From Cyanobium sp. (GTDB lineage: Bacteria > Cyanobacteriota > Cyanobacteriia > PCC-6307 > Cyanobiaceae): a stretch of 64,000 nt of DNA. The first letter of the stretch is position 1. Every line of letters begins with the position of its first letter. This document shows, in pieces, positions 41,798 through 51,480 of this stretch. A program made the translations under genes and the position numbers. The notes below the pieces were generated by a model. The model saw only the letters and a list, made by a program, of their open reading frames with translations. It was not told the origin of the DNA and made no database searches. Location of the stretch: the NCBI GenBank assembly GCA_046081785.1, contig JBJTWN010000237.1:343-64342 (forward strand). The letters are read 5' to 3'.

Positions 41798-42873
41798 GAT
41801 GCCGGCAAGAAGGCCGAATGTGTATAAGCAGTCGGCACACCATTGAAATCCATCCAACAGTGATGGCTGTAGTCGTAAAGCTTGCAAGCTTGCGTGATTC
41901 GCAGATGCTCAGAAAGCGTCCACCGGTAGGTAAGCACTCTGCCTGGATGCGATTGTTCCAACTTTTGCTGCGCTTGATCCACGCTGTACAAAGGGATCAC
42001 AGGATTCAGGTGATGAGCACCTTGAGCCATGATGTTGTATAAAAGCGAATAAAATGGTTGAGGTAAAATGACATGGGCCGAAACTTGCAATTGCCGTTCG
42101 GCAAATCCCAGAGCCGGATCCTCGGCAAACCATGAAATTTGCGGGTGGGTATGGTGCAGGTAAACGACATTGCCCATAAACCAATTCCAACAAAGAAAAG
42201 GAATAATCCATGCCAATAACAGCAATTCCATCCACGATTTAGAAGGGGCCAAAATACCACCCAACGCCAAAATCAGTACTGGTTGCAGGACAAAAGCAGC
42301 TACTACCAAGAGGGAGTCAGGAAGATATTGAAGCCATTGACGTCGAGCATCTGGATCAATGGGTAGTACAACTTTTTTCATCCAGAGCTCTAACATATAA
42401 TAAAGCCCTGCCCCCCACACGCTTCTATAGAAACGTTCCAACCACTGACGAGGCTTGGAAACAGATTCAAACTCTTCTTTGCTGAGGGGAACCCAAGACG
42501 GATCAATTGTTTTGATATTGGTGTGTTGGTGATGCTTGATATTATGTTCGAGTTTCCAGAGGCTGTAGGAGTGCAAAGACGGCAAAAAACAGAGTCTTCC
42601 AATCAACTGATTCACCCATCGATGCCTGGCCAAAGCCTGGTGGCAGGCATCATGACCAATCACGAAAAGCTGTCCGATGATAAACCCCGCACTCAGACTA
42701 AAAACCAGGTTCAACAGGATGGAATAGTCTGCAATTGCACCGATCAACCAGCCCACATAGAGGAGACTTTGAGCCAGAAAAAAAACCAACGCTTTCCAAT
42801 CTGACCGTTGACGGAGTTTGATGGAGGATTCTGTATCAAGCCATTGGAGACGGGCTTGTTCAATCAATGGCAT
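41794..42873 (-). CDS. membrane fatty acid desaturase (DesA-like)
   Basis: His boxes HDACH and HNIKHH, YLHHT, third box QGAHH; AT-richer. Confidence 0.85.
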   Translation of the reverse strand: MPLIEQARLQWLDTESSIKLRQRSDWKALVFFLAQSLLYVGWLIGAIADYSILLNLVFSLSAGFIIGQLFVIGHDACHQALARHRWVNQLIGRLCFLPSLHSYSLWKLEHNIKHHQHTNIKTIDPSWVPLSKEEFESVSKPRQWLERFYRSVWGAGLYYMLELWMKKVVLPIDPDARRQWLQYLPDSLLVVAAFVLQPVLILALGGILAPSKSWMELLLLAWIIPFLCWNWFMGNVVYLHHTHPQISWFAEDPALGFAERQLQVSAHVILPQPFYSLLYNIMAQGAHHLNPVIPLYSVDQAQQKLEQSHPGRVLTYRWTLSEHLRITQACKLYDYSHHCWMDFNGVPTAYTHSAFLPAS

Positions 42874-42970
42874 GGAGAGCTGCGTGAATGTGATGAAATT
42901 GTGGGCGCTTGAAACAAACTTTATTTGAACAGCCTTGCCCGTCTCTGGGATGCTACCAACTCATCCTTGG

Positions 42971-44281
42971 TCAAACGTGGACGACTGAAGAAGCAGGACT
43001 GGCTGACTGGCGCAACTCAACCTGCACGAGCAAACCACTCTTGGGACGCGGGGTGGGGATCACCTCAAGACTGAGGTCTTGGTCAGGAACCAGCTGGAAG
43101 CGAAGGGACTGCAAGAGACGGGTCAGCAGAAGCCGCATGTCCAGTTCCGCCAGGGGCCTGCCCAGGCACACCCGCGGCGCAGCGCCGAAGGGCACATAGG
43201 CGGCGCCAGGCGATGGGCCGCTGAGGTGGCGCTCCGGGCGGAAAGCCTCAGGATCGGCAAAGACCTGCCCATCGCGCTGGGTGGAAGTGATGTCCACTTG
43301 GATGACTTTCCCTGGCGCGATGGTGTAAGGCCCCAGGTGCACCGGAGCGACCGCCCGGCGAAAGAAGCCCCCCACCGGTGGCACAAGCCGCAAGACCTCT
43401 TGAATCACGGCATTGAGCCTGGGCAGAGTCTCCAGCTGCTCGATTCCTGCGCTGCTAGGAGGCCAGGGAACCTGATCCATCTCCTCCTGAAGCCAGGCCA
43501 TGGCAGCGGGGTGTTGGAGCAGCAACAACACCATCAAGGTGAGGGAGGAGGCGGTGGTTTCGTAGCCGGCAAAGAGCAACAACAGCAATTGATCCGCCAG
43601 ATCGGCATCCTCCAGGGGAAGGCCGACCTCATCGCACGCGCTGGTGAGCACGCTAAGGGAAGGCAACAGTCCAAGAATGCGGGCTATCAAGCGGCGACGG
43701 GCGGCCTTGGCTCGGGCAAGTCGGCTGGTGGGGTAAGCGATGGGCAGGCTGAACAGGCCGCGGCTCCAGATCTCGAAATCCTCGTAGAGCCCCTCCCTTC
43801 CTTTGGGAGTGAGTCTAAGCACCTCCTCCGCGATCACCTGAAAAGCAAAAGGACGCATCCAGTGCGCCAACGCCACAGGCTGGGGGGCACCGGCCAAGCC
43901 AGACACCACCTGATCGCAGATCGAGGCGATGCCGGGTGCATAGCTCTTGAGGGCCTGGCCAGAAAACAGGCGGCCCACCGCCCGCCGCCGCGCCATATGC
44001 GCCTCCCCATTGCGGTTGGAGAGGGAAAAGGGCCCGAGCAGCTGACTCACGCTGGGGGGCCACCACCCCTCCAGGGCTGCGGGCTGGCTGATCAGCTCAG
44101 CCACGGGGCCAGCCCCGCGCACAAACACTGAGGGTTGACCGGCAAGAACGGTTTCAAACACATCGCCCATCTGAGCGAAGCGCCGTGCGGCAAACTCTGG
44201 ATCGCGCAGGGAGGCGAGCAGCTCGAGCACACCTGTCACGGCGCCGGTGTGGGGCGGGGCCTGGGAGGGAGAGGACGGCAT
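42971..44281 (-). CDS. cytochrome P450 (CYP120-like)
   Basis: FAGYETT, EVLR, FRPERH, FGAAPRVCLG. Confidence 0.92.
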   Translation of the reverse strand: MPSSPSQAPPHTGAVTGVLELLASLRDPEFAARRFAQMGDVFETVLAGQPSVFVRGAGPVAELISQPAALEGWWPPSVSQLLGPFSLSNRNGEAHMARRRAVGRLFSGQALKSYAPGIASICDQVVSGLAGAPQPVALAHWMRPFAFQVIAEEVLRLTPKGREGLYEDFEIWSRGLFSLPIAYPTSRLARAKAARRRLIARILGLLPSLSVLTSACDEVGLPLEDADLADQLLLLLFAGYETTASSLTLMVLLLLQHPAAMAWLQEEMDQVPWPPSSAGIEQLETLPRLNAVIQEVLRLVPPVGGFFRRAVAPVHLGPYTIAPGKVIQVDITSTQRDGQVFADPEAFRPERHLSGPSPGAAYVPFGAAPRVCLGRPLAELDMRLLLTRLLQSLRFQLVPDQDLSLEVIPTPRPKSGLLVQVELRQSASPASSVVHV

Positions 44282-44348
44282 CACCCACGGGACAAGAGCT
44301 GCCACCAAGCTAGAAGCCCTGACAGCACCTTTAGGGTGCCCCTCAGCC

Positions 44349-46004
44349 TTAGGGCTGGTCCATCCCCATTTCCGCCAGAGCCGCCTCCTCCACCCACACC
44401 GACACGGATCCGCCGGGACAACGCCACTCCGCCCAACCGTCGCCATTGGTGGTGATGGGCTCGCGGATATGGCCGGTGAGATCACGGAACACGGTGTGGG
44501 GTTTGCCCACTTCCATCCACTTCGAGCCGGCAGGCCCATCACTCATCAGCACGGCCATGGCCCGGGGGTGGCCAGGGGTGCCGAGGCGGGTCCAGCCGAT
44601 GGTGTTGAAGTGGTCGATGTAATCGTATTGCGGGCCGTAGCTGCAGTGGGTGCGGGCTAGGAGAAAGCGATCGATCAGAAAACGATGGCTTGGGAGCCAG
44701 ATCTCGTATTCAGGTCCTTGCCCCCCCTTTTGCCCTTTGTAGTGCGCACCGTAGTAATCAGCGTGGAAGATGCAGGGATAACCCTGATCGCGAAGCAAGA
44801 TCACGGCATAGGCCAGGGGCTTGAACCAGGACTCCACCACCGATTCCAGTGATTGCAAAGGCTGGGTGTCGTGGTTCTCCACGAGCGTCACGGCCAGCAG
44901 GGGCATGATTTGCATCAGGCTGCCATCCAGGAGCCGACGCATGTCGTAGTGACCGCCGCTGCGGCTGGCAATGTGGAAGTTTTGGTGAAGTGGTGCGTCG
45001 AAAAGGTGCATCCGACCACCGGTGTTGGCTGCATACCAGGACAGGGAGGGCAGGTCGTAAGACCAATACTCCCCAACCACAAAATGGCGGTGTTGGGCAT
45101 AGCTGTCGAGATCTGTGATCCAGTCGAGGAAGAAATCGCTGCTGATATGTTTGATCGCATCCAGCCGGAAGCCATCCACTTTGAAGGTGTCGTGCATCCA
45201 ATGGCCCCAATACTTGAGCTCACCACGCACTTCCGGGTGGTTGATATTGAGATCACATCCCATCAAGTAATCATAATTGCCCTTCTCTAAATCAACATTG
45301 GCTTCAAAAGATGCACCTTGCGTCCTCCAGATCGCTTTGTAGTCGGGCCGACGCTCATTGCTATCAACAGAATCAAAGTGATACCAATGCCATTTCATGG
45401 TGGAGTATTGACCACCACGCTTGTCAAATTCAAACAAGGTCCAGGCCCGAATCGGCTGCTCTCCCTCCAGGGGGCGGTTGCGATCGACAGGGTCATAGGG
45501 TGTGGCTAGATAGTCCTCCTTGTCGTCAGCCCACATCTTGTGGTTGAACACGGCATCGGCATAAACTTGAATACCAACGGCATGGCAGGCCGCCACAGCC
45601 TCCTCATATTCAGCGCGCGTGCCGTATTTGGTCGCCACTGTCCCCTTCTGATCAAATTCCCCTAGATCAAAAAGGTCGTATGTGCCGTAGCCCACGTCCC
45701 AGCGGCTCCCTCCCTTGCTGGCGGGCGGCAGCCATAGACCCGTGATCCCTGCCTTGGCCAGGGCAGGCGCCTCGTTCTTCAGACGCCGCCAATGTTGGCC
45801 ATCGGCATCGCTGTACCAGTGAAACCACTGCATCATCGTGCCATTGAATTCCGTGGGCTCCGGCACCGCCTCAGCGCCCAGCGTGGCTTCATGGGTCGCC
45901 AGCCATTCGAGCATCAGGCTGACGGCAGCCTCCTCAGTCCTCACCATGGGGTCGCGCTCGGCTTCAAGAACCAAGCGCTTCAATGTGCTGAAGATGGCCG
46001 ACAT
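44349..46004 (-). CDS. alpha-amylase (GH13, AmyA-type)
   Basis: NGTMMQWFHWY, GYGTYDLFDLGEF, DGFRLDAIKHI, GEYW, VENHDTQP. Confidence 0.92.
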   Translation of the reverse strand: MSAIFSTLKRLVLEAERDPMVRTEEAAVSLMLEWLATHEATLGAEAVPEPTEFNGTMMQWFHWYSDADGQHWRRLKNEAPALAKAGITGLWLPPASKGGSRWDVGYGTYDLFDLGEFDQKGTVATKYGTRAEYEEAVAACHAVGIQVYADAVFNHKMWADDKEDYLATPYDPVDRNRPLEGEQPIRAWTLFEFDKRGGQYSTMKWHWYHFDSVDSNERRPDYKAIWRTQGASFEANVDLEKGNYDYLMGCDLNINHPEVRGELKYWGHWMHDTFKVDGFRLDAIKHISSDFFLDWITDLDSYAQHRHFVVGEYWSYDLPSLSWYAANTGGRMHLFDAPLHQNFHIASRSGGHYDMRRLLDGSLMQIMPLLAVTLVENHDTQPLQSLESVVESWFKPLAYAVILLRDQGYPCIFHADYYGAHYKGQKGGQGPEYEIWLPSHRFLIDRFLLARTHCSYGPQYDYIDHFNTIGWTRLGTPGHPRAMAVLMSDGPAGSKWMEVGKPHTVFRDLTGHIREPITTNGDGWAEWRCPGGSVSVWVEEAALAEMGMDQP

Positions 46005-46344
46005 CTGAAAAAAGGGTGGGCTCTTCACCGTAGGCAGTTTTTTTGCGATCGATTCGTCAGGGGCTGCTGACGCTGGCTTGGCATGGGGCTGACCATCGAC
46101 GCGTCAACCACAAAGACACTTAAACTTTCACTTGATTACAATTGAGTCAAAACGATCAGGATTATGGGCGTTAATACTCTTAGAAAATTTATCGCCTGGC
46201 CTGGTTAGATTTAATCTCGATTTAATCATGGTGTTTCCCTGTGACCAGTCAGCCGATCAGGCTTGGCCCCGCTGGATGATTCATGACAAGCATGCGCTCA
46301 TCCTGGTTTTGAGACCCTGAGGATTCACACTGGCAAGGCGAGGG

Positions 46345-47520
46345 ATGGATGCCATGCGCTGGCTGAGCAACGTGCGCCTGCCTCAGGGAACACCCTGCAG
46401 CCATCGGCGTGAGCAGCGCTGGCGGGTGGCCATCAATGGACAGGGGCTCATCGCTCGCTTCGAGACCATCGGCGCCGGTAGCGCCGCCGCCGGAGACGAC
46501 TGGGGAGGGGACTGGCTCAGCCCCATGGGCGTGGATCTGCAGATCAACGGAGGCCTGGGGTTGCCCTTCCCTGAACTCAACGCGGCCGATCTACCCAAGC
46601 TGGAGGAGCTCCTCGAGTTCCTGTGGCAGGAGGGAGTGGAAGCGATCTCACCCACCCTTGTCACCTGCGGGGTCGATCCCCTGCGACAAGCCCTGGCGGT
46701 GCTGGCCCAGGCGCGCACCCGCCATCGCCCGGGCCTGTGCCAACTGCTGGGAGCCCACCTGGAGGGGCCCTTTCTGGCCCACAGCCGCCGCGGCGCGCAC
46801 CCCGAGGAGCATCTCTGTCCCCCCAGCCTGGCCGCGCTCGAGGAGCGCATCAGTGGGTTTGCCGGTGGCCCGCAGGCCGACATAGCCCTGATGACCCTCG
46901 CCCCGGAGCTGGAGGGTGCCGGCGCTGTGATTGCGGCACTGCGGGCGCGCCAGGTGGTGGTGTGCCTGGGCCACAGCGCCGCCGATGGGCAGCAAGCCGA
47001 GGCCGGCTTTGCAGCGGGGGTGTCCATGCTCACCCATGCCTTCAACGCCATGGCCGGCTTGCATCACCGCGATCCGGGGCCGGTGGGCGCCGCGGCCCTG
47101 CGGGGCACGCTGGCCCTCGGGCTGATCGCCGATGGCGTGCATGTGGCCCCCACCATGGCCGTGTTGCTGCAGCGACTCGCCCCTCAGGCCATCGTGCTGG
47201 TGAGCGATGCTCTTGCCCCCTATGGCCTCGGGGAGGGGGCCCACCGCTGGGATGAACGGCTGCTGACGGTGAAGGATGGCAGCTGCCGCTTGGCGGATGG
47301 CACCCTCGCCGGCACCACCTTGCCCCTGCTGGAGGGGGTGGCTCGTCTGGCCCACTGGGGCGTGCCCGCCGATCAGGCGATTGCCGCAGCCACTCTCCAC
47401 CCCCGCCGGGTGCTGGGGGATGATCGGCCCCTGCAGACCCTGTTGCTCGGGCGCCCCCTGACCAGCTGCCTGCGATGGCGCCAGGGGGAAGGAGGGCTGG
47501 GCTGGCAGGCGCCGGCCTGA
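46345..47520 (+). CDS. nagA: N-acetylglucosamine-6-phosphate deacetylase
   Basis: DLQING, GAHLEGPF, GAH, GHS, THAFNAM, IADGVH, LVSDA. Confidence 0.92.
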   Translation: MDAMRWLSNVRLPQGTPCSHRREQRWRVAINGQGLIARFETIGAGSAAAGDDWGGDWLSPMGVDLQINGGLGLPFPELNAADLPKLEELLEFLWQEGVEAISPTLVTCGVDPLRQALAVLAQARTRHRPGLCQLLGAHLEGPFLAHSRRGAHPEEHLCPPSLAALEERISGFAGGPQADIALMTLAPELEGAGAVIAALRARQVVVCLGHSAADGQQAEAGFAAGVSMLTHAFNAMAGLHHRDPGPVGAAALRGTLALGLIADGVHVAPTMAVLLQRLAPQAIVLVSDALAPYGLGEGAHRWDERLLTVKDGSCRLADGTLAGTTLPLLEGVARLAHWGVPADQAIAAATLHPRRVLGDDRPLQTLLLGRPLTSCLRWRQGEGGLGWQAPA

Positions 47521-47579
47521 TGGGCCCCGGCTTCACTGCCTAAGATCCGCCCCACCGATTGCCTGCTGCCACCCCCTCC

Positions 47580-48362
47580 ATGACATCTGACCCTCAGCAG
47601 GCCCAACCCAGCCAGGGGGGACCGACCGCAACCACGGAGTTCCAAGGGGCCTCGCCCGCAAACACTTCCTGCGCCAAGACGGCCGAGAAGGCAGAGGTGC
47701 GTGCCTATTTCGAGAGCACGGGCTTTGAGCGCTGGAACCGCATTTACAGCGACAGCGACGATGTGAACAAGGTGCAGCGCAACATTCGCCTGGGCCACCA
47801 GAAAACGGTGGATGCCGTCCTCGCTTGGTTGCAGGCGCAGGGCGATCTGGAGGGGCGCAGCTTTTGTGACGCTGGCTGCGGTGTAGGCAGCCTGAGCTTG
47901 CCCTTGGTGGGCCTCGGCGCCGGCTCGGTGCTGGCCACCGACCTCTCCGAAGCCATGGTGAACGAGGCCCAGCGCCGCGCCGCTGAAGAGGGCTTGACGG
48001 GCGATCGCCTGCGGTTCGCCGTATCCGATCTGGAGAGCCTCAGCGGCCGCTTCGACACCGTGATCTGCCTGGACGTGTTCATCCACTATCCCCAGACGGC
48101 TGCTGAGGAGATGGTGAAGCATCTGGCATCCCTGGCGGAGCACCAGCTGATTGTGAGCTTCGCGCCCTACACCCCCCTGCTGGCGGTGCTCAAGGGCATC
48201 GGCCAGCTCTTCCCCGGCCCGAGCAAAACCACCCGCGCTTACCAGCTCAAGGAGGAAGGAATTCTGGCGGCGGCCGCACATGCTGGTTTCCAGCCTCTGC
48301 ACCGCAGCCTTCAGCAAGCGCCTTTCTACTACTCCCGGCTGGTGGCCCTGGAGCGGCAGTGA
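47580..48362 (+). CDS. chlM: Mg-protoporphyrin IX methyltransferase
   Basis: YF..TGFERW.RIY, CDAGCGVG, CLDVFIHYP, FPGPSK.TRAY. Confidence 0.95.
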   Translation: MTSDPQQAQPSQGGPTATTEFQGASPANTSCAKTAEKAEVRAYFESTGFERWNRIYSDSDDVNKVQRNIRLGHQKTVDAVLAWLQAQGDLEGRSFCDAGCGVGSLSLPLVGLGAGSVLATDLSEAMVNEAQRRAAEEGLTGDRLRFAVSDLESLSGRFDTVICLDVFIHYPQTAAEEMVKHLASLAEHQLIVSFAPYTPLLAVLKGIGQLFPGPSKTTRAYQLKEEGILAAAAHAGFQPLHRSLQQAPFYYSRLVALERQ

Positions 48363-48371
48363 ACAAACCGC

Positions 48372-48704
48372 TCAAGGTTTGCGGCAGAGGTTGACCACTT
48401 GATCCAAAGAATTAAAGCGTCCCGTATTCAGCGCCCTGGAGGCACAAGTGAACGTGTCGACGCCACCGCCACGACAGAGGGCAACGATTTGATCAGTTGA
48501 GAATCGCCCGAGATTCAATGTTCTGATCGCGCACTCCGCCGGATCAACGGCCTGGACCTGCGCATGGGACGCTCCGGGGAGGAGCGGCACACTCAGCGCA
48601 CAGGCGGCAAGGATGGCTGTCAGGCCAGAGCCGAGAGAGGGCGACCGCCGCTGGACAGGGGCCTGTGTGAACTGGGGGAGGGAGTTGGGGTGGGGATGCG
48701 CCAT
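48372..48704 (-). CDS. small secreted protein with two Cys-bracketed repeats
   Basis: Signal peptide ending ASHA; CAIRTLNLGRFSTDQIVALC / CASRALNTGRFNSLDQVVNLC. Confidence 0.65.
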   Translation of the reverse strand: MAHPHPNSLPQFTQAPVQRRSPSLGSGLTAILAACALSVPLLPGASHAQVQAVDPAECAIRTLNLGRFSTDQIVALCRGGGVDTFTCASRALNTGRFNSLDQVVNLCRKP

Positions 48705-48773
48705 GGCAAAACATGGAAAAGAGGGTTATCTTTCTTATACGTCTTCCACCCATCCTTGCTGCTGAGCTGTGAG

Positions 48774-49871
48774 CTAACTTAACCTCCTTTCCACGTGTTG
48801 CGCCAGCTGCTGCAGGGTTTTCGCCAGCTGCTGATCCGCATCGTGCACCGCCAGGGTTGCCATGCCCTTGCGCAGGGTGAGCAGGGGATCGGCCTCGCCG
48901 ACGCTGCCCCGCAACCGCGGCCCCAGCAGCCGCCACACCGCCTGCTCCAGGGCCGGTTGCCCCGGCTCGTGCTGCCACACGATCACCGCCGCGCCCACCG
49001 CCGCAGCGGCAGCCGCATTGGCATCCTGATGGCGATCAGCGGCCTGGGGGAAGGGCACCAGAATCGTGGGTGTGCCGCTCACCGCCAGCTCGCTCAGGCT
49101 CCCGGCCCCCGCCCGGCTGATGGCCAGATCCACATGCTGGAGCAGTCCTGGCAGCTCATCGGAGAAGGGGCGCTCCACCACCCCTTCCAGTTGGAACTGG
49201 CCCGCTTCCGGATCCTGACTGCCGGTGAGGTGCACCACCCGGCAGCCCGCAGCCGCCAGCTGGGGGATCAGGGGCCGCACCATGCGGTTGAGCCGCAGCG
49301 CTCCCTGGCTTCCCCCCATCACGAGCACCAAGGGGCCTGGGCCTCTGGGCACCCACTCGGGCAGCGGCGCCGGCTGCAGGAAGGCGTGCCGCACCGGCGT
49401 GCCCGTCACCAGGGGGCGGCAGCGGAGGAGCCGCTCAGAGGCCTGCGGCAGCCCCAGGGCGACTCGGCTGCAGAGGCGCCCCAGCAGGCGCGTCACCTTC
49501 CCTGGAATCGCGTTGCTTTCGTGCAACACCACCGGCACCCCGCACCAGCGGGCCGCCAGGATGGCCGGGGCGGCGATGTAGCCCCCCGTGCTGAACACCA
49601 CATCCACCCCCTGCCGCAGGATCAGCCGTCGGGTGGGCAGGGTCGCCCCCAGCAGCTGGAGCAGATTGGTGAGCTTGCGCAGTCCCCGGCCCTGCAGACC
49701 ACCTGCGCGCACGGTGTGGAGTGGATAGCGACTGGGTACCAGCTGTTGCTCCAGGCGATCAGGCACCCCAAGCCAGTGCACCTGCCAATCGGATGGAAGG
49801 GCCTCCGCCACCGCCAGGGCAGGAAAAAGATGGCCACCTGTGCCGCTGGCTGCGATCAGGAGGGTGGGCAT
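48774..49871 (-). CDS. murG: MurG glycosyltransferase
   Basis: [41 protein letters not shown]. Confidence 0.95.
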   Translation of the reverse strand: MPTLLIAASGTGGHLFPALAVAEALPSDWQVHWLGVPDRLEQQLVPSRYPLHTVRAGGLQGRGLRKLTNLLQLLGATLPTRRLILRQGVDVVFSTGGYIAAPAILAARWCGVPVVLHESNAIPGKVTRLLGRLCSRVALGLPQASERLLRCRPLVTGTPVRHAFLQPAPLPEWVPRGPGPLVLVMGGSQGALRLNRMVRPLIPQLAAAGCRVVHLTGSQDPEAGQFQLEGVVERPFSDELPGLLQHVDLAISRAGAGSLSELAVSGTPTILVPFPQAADRHQDANAAAAAAVGAAVIVWQHEPGQPALEQAVWRLLGPRLRGSVGEADPLLTLRKGMATLAVHDADQQLAKTLQQLAQHVERRLS

Positions 49872-49976
49872 GGGGATGTCTGCCAAGGGCGAGGGGCGGG
49901 CCTAACTTAAAAGCCAACTGCGGCGGTCCCCACCCCCAGTCGCACCCGGCTCCATCCACCCCATCCGTCCCCTGCG

Positions 49977-50738
49977 ATGCCCTTCCCGCGCAGACTTCCT
50001 GCCCTGTTCCTCAGCAGTCTGGTGCTGGCTCCGGCCATCGGCGCCCCATCCGCGCAGGCGGCGCCCCCCACCGCCAACCAGCTGCAAGCCCTGGAAGCGG
50101 CCCTCAACAGCCGTGACGACACGGCCCTCAGCACTCTCCTCAGCAAGGGACCTGGGTTGAACCCGGACGAGTTGAAACAACGCCGTCAGTATCTGCTTGA
50201 CAACTTCGCCGATGTGCGATGGGAGGTCAAAAAGGGACCAAACCTCCGCAGTGGCGAGCCGAGCGTGATGATGAAGGTGAGCGGCACCCGTGAACAGGGG
50301 GGCAGCATCTTTCGCCTGGAATCGGAGCAGCGCCTCTCCCTGCAAACCGATGGCCAACGCTTCACCGGCCAAACCATCTGGAGGGAGCAGTCGCTCCTGC
50401 GCAGTGGCGAAAACTCCCCCTCGGTGAGCCTGCAGATCCCCGATGCCGTGCTCACCGGACAGCGCTATGACCTGGATGTGATCTTCGATGACCCCCTTGA
50501 TGGGGCGCTGGTGGCAGGTGGCATTCGGCCGATCAGTGACGAGGAAGTGAAGGCCATGGACAGTCCCCGACTCGACCTGACTGCCCTGGGCGGGGCAGGT
50601 GGTCTGTTCAAGATCGTGCAAGCGCCCCAAACGCCAGGCTCCCAAACCTGGGCGGTACTGCTGGTGCACCCGAAGGGTGTGGTGAGCGCCACCAAGCGGG
50701 TGCGGGTGGTCTCCGATCGGCAGGTTCTCGAGCCCTGA
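49977..50738 (+). CDS. conserved cyanobacterial exported protein (NTF2-like fold)
   Basis: Signal peptide; IPDAVLTGQRYDLDVIFDDPL, GGLFKIVQAP; usual neighbour of murG. Confidence 0.7.
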   Translation: MPFPRRLPALFLSSLVLAPAIGAPSAQAAPPTANQLQALEAALNSRDDTALSTLLSKGPGLNPDELKQRRQYLLDNFADVRWEVKKGPNLRSGEPSVMMKVSGTREQGGSIFRLESEQRLSLQTDGQRFTGQTIWREQSLLRSGENSPSVSLQIPDAVLTGQRYDLDVIFDDPLDGALVAGGIRPISDEEVKAMDSPRLDLTALGGAGGLFKIVQAPQTPGSQTWAVLLVHPKGVVSATKRVRVVSDRQVLEP

Positions 50739-50742
50739 ATCC

Positions 50743-51480
50743 ATGGGCCGGCCCCATCGCATCTGGGTGGTGGATGACGATCCAGAAGTGCGCTCCTTGT
50801 TGGCCACCTACCTGAAGGATCAGGGCTACACCGTGCGCACCCTCGCCGACGCCACCCAACTCAAAGCCAGGCTTGAGGGACAGTTGGGGGGAGAGCGGCC
50901 TGATCTGCTCGTGCTGGATCTGATGTTGCCAGGAGAGGATGGCCTCACCTTGTTGCGCCGCCTGCGGGATGGCGGAGATTCCCTGCCAGTTTTGATGCTC
51001 ACGGCTCGGGCGGATGGGGTGGATCGCATCATCGGGCTGGAGCAAGGGGCCGATGACTATCTGGTCAAGCCCTTTCTCCCCAGGGAACTAACGGCCAGGA
51101 TCGAAGCCATCCTGCGGCGCCGCTCCCCACCACCGAGTGGATCGCCCCAACCGGAAGGGGGCAGCTATCGCTTTGGTGATTGCACCGTGGATCTCACCAC
51201 TCGGCAACTCAGGCGGGAGTCGGAGTTGCTGCCGATCACCAGCGGGGAGTTTGCCCTGCTCGCCGCGTTCTTGCAGCACCCCCATCGCCCCCTCTCCCGC
51301 GAACGACTGATCGAACTGAGCCGAGGGCCAACCTGTGACACGGAAAGCCGCAGCATGGATGTGCAGATTTCAAGGCTGCGCAAGCTCATTGAGCCGGATC
51401 CGGCCCGCCCGCGCTATGTGCAAACAGTGTGGGGGTATGGCTATGTCTTTGTTCCCGATGGCCGGCCCAGGCAGGCCTAG
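50743..51480 (+). CDS. OmpR-family response regulator
   Basis: VVDDD, LDLMLPGEDG, GADDY.VKPF, RSMDVQISRLR, TVWGYGY. Confidence 0.95.
   Translation: MGRPHRIWVVDDDPEVRSLLATYLKDQGYTVRTLADATQLKARLEGQLGGERPDLLVLDLMLPGEDGLTLLRRLRDGGDSLPVLMLTARADGVDRIIGLEQGADDYLVKPFLPRELTARIEAILRRRSPPPSGSPQPEGGSYRFGDCTVDLTTRQLRRESELLPITSGEFALLAAFLQHPHRPLSRERLIELSRGPTCDTESRSMDVQISRLRKLIEPDPARPRYVQTVWGYGYVFVPDGRPRQA

Noticed and set aside
46132-46320. 62-aa ORF or ncRNA in the AT-rich amylase-nagA intergenic region
   Set aside because: TTG start with no motif or convincing structure; likely divergent promoter DNA
16920-48008. HIP1 octamer GCGATCGC (e.g. 16920, 48001)
   Set aside because: Only sporadic copies noticed; no evident enrichment without a count
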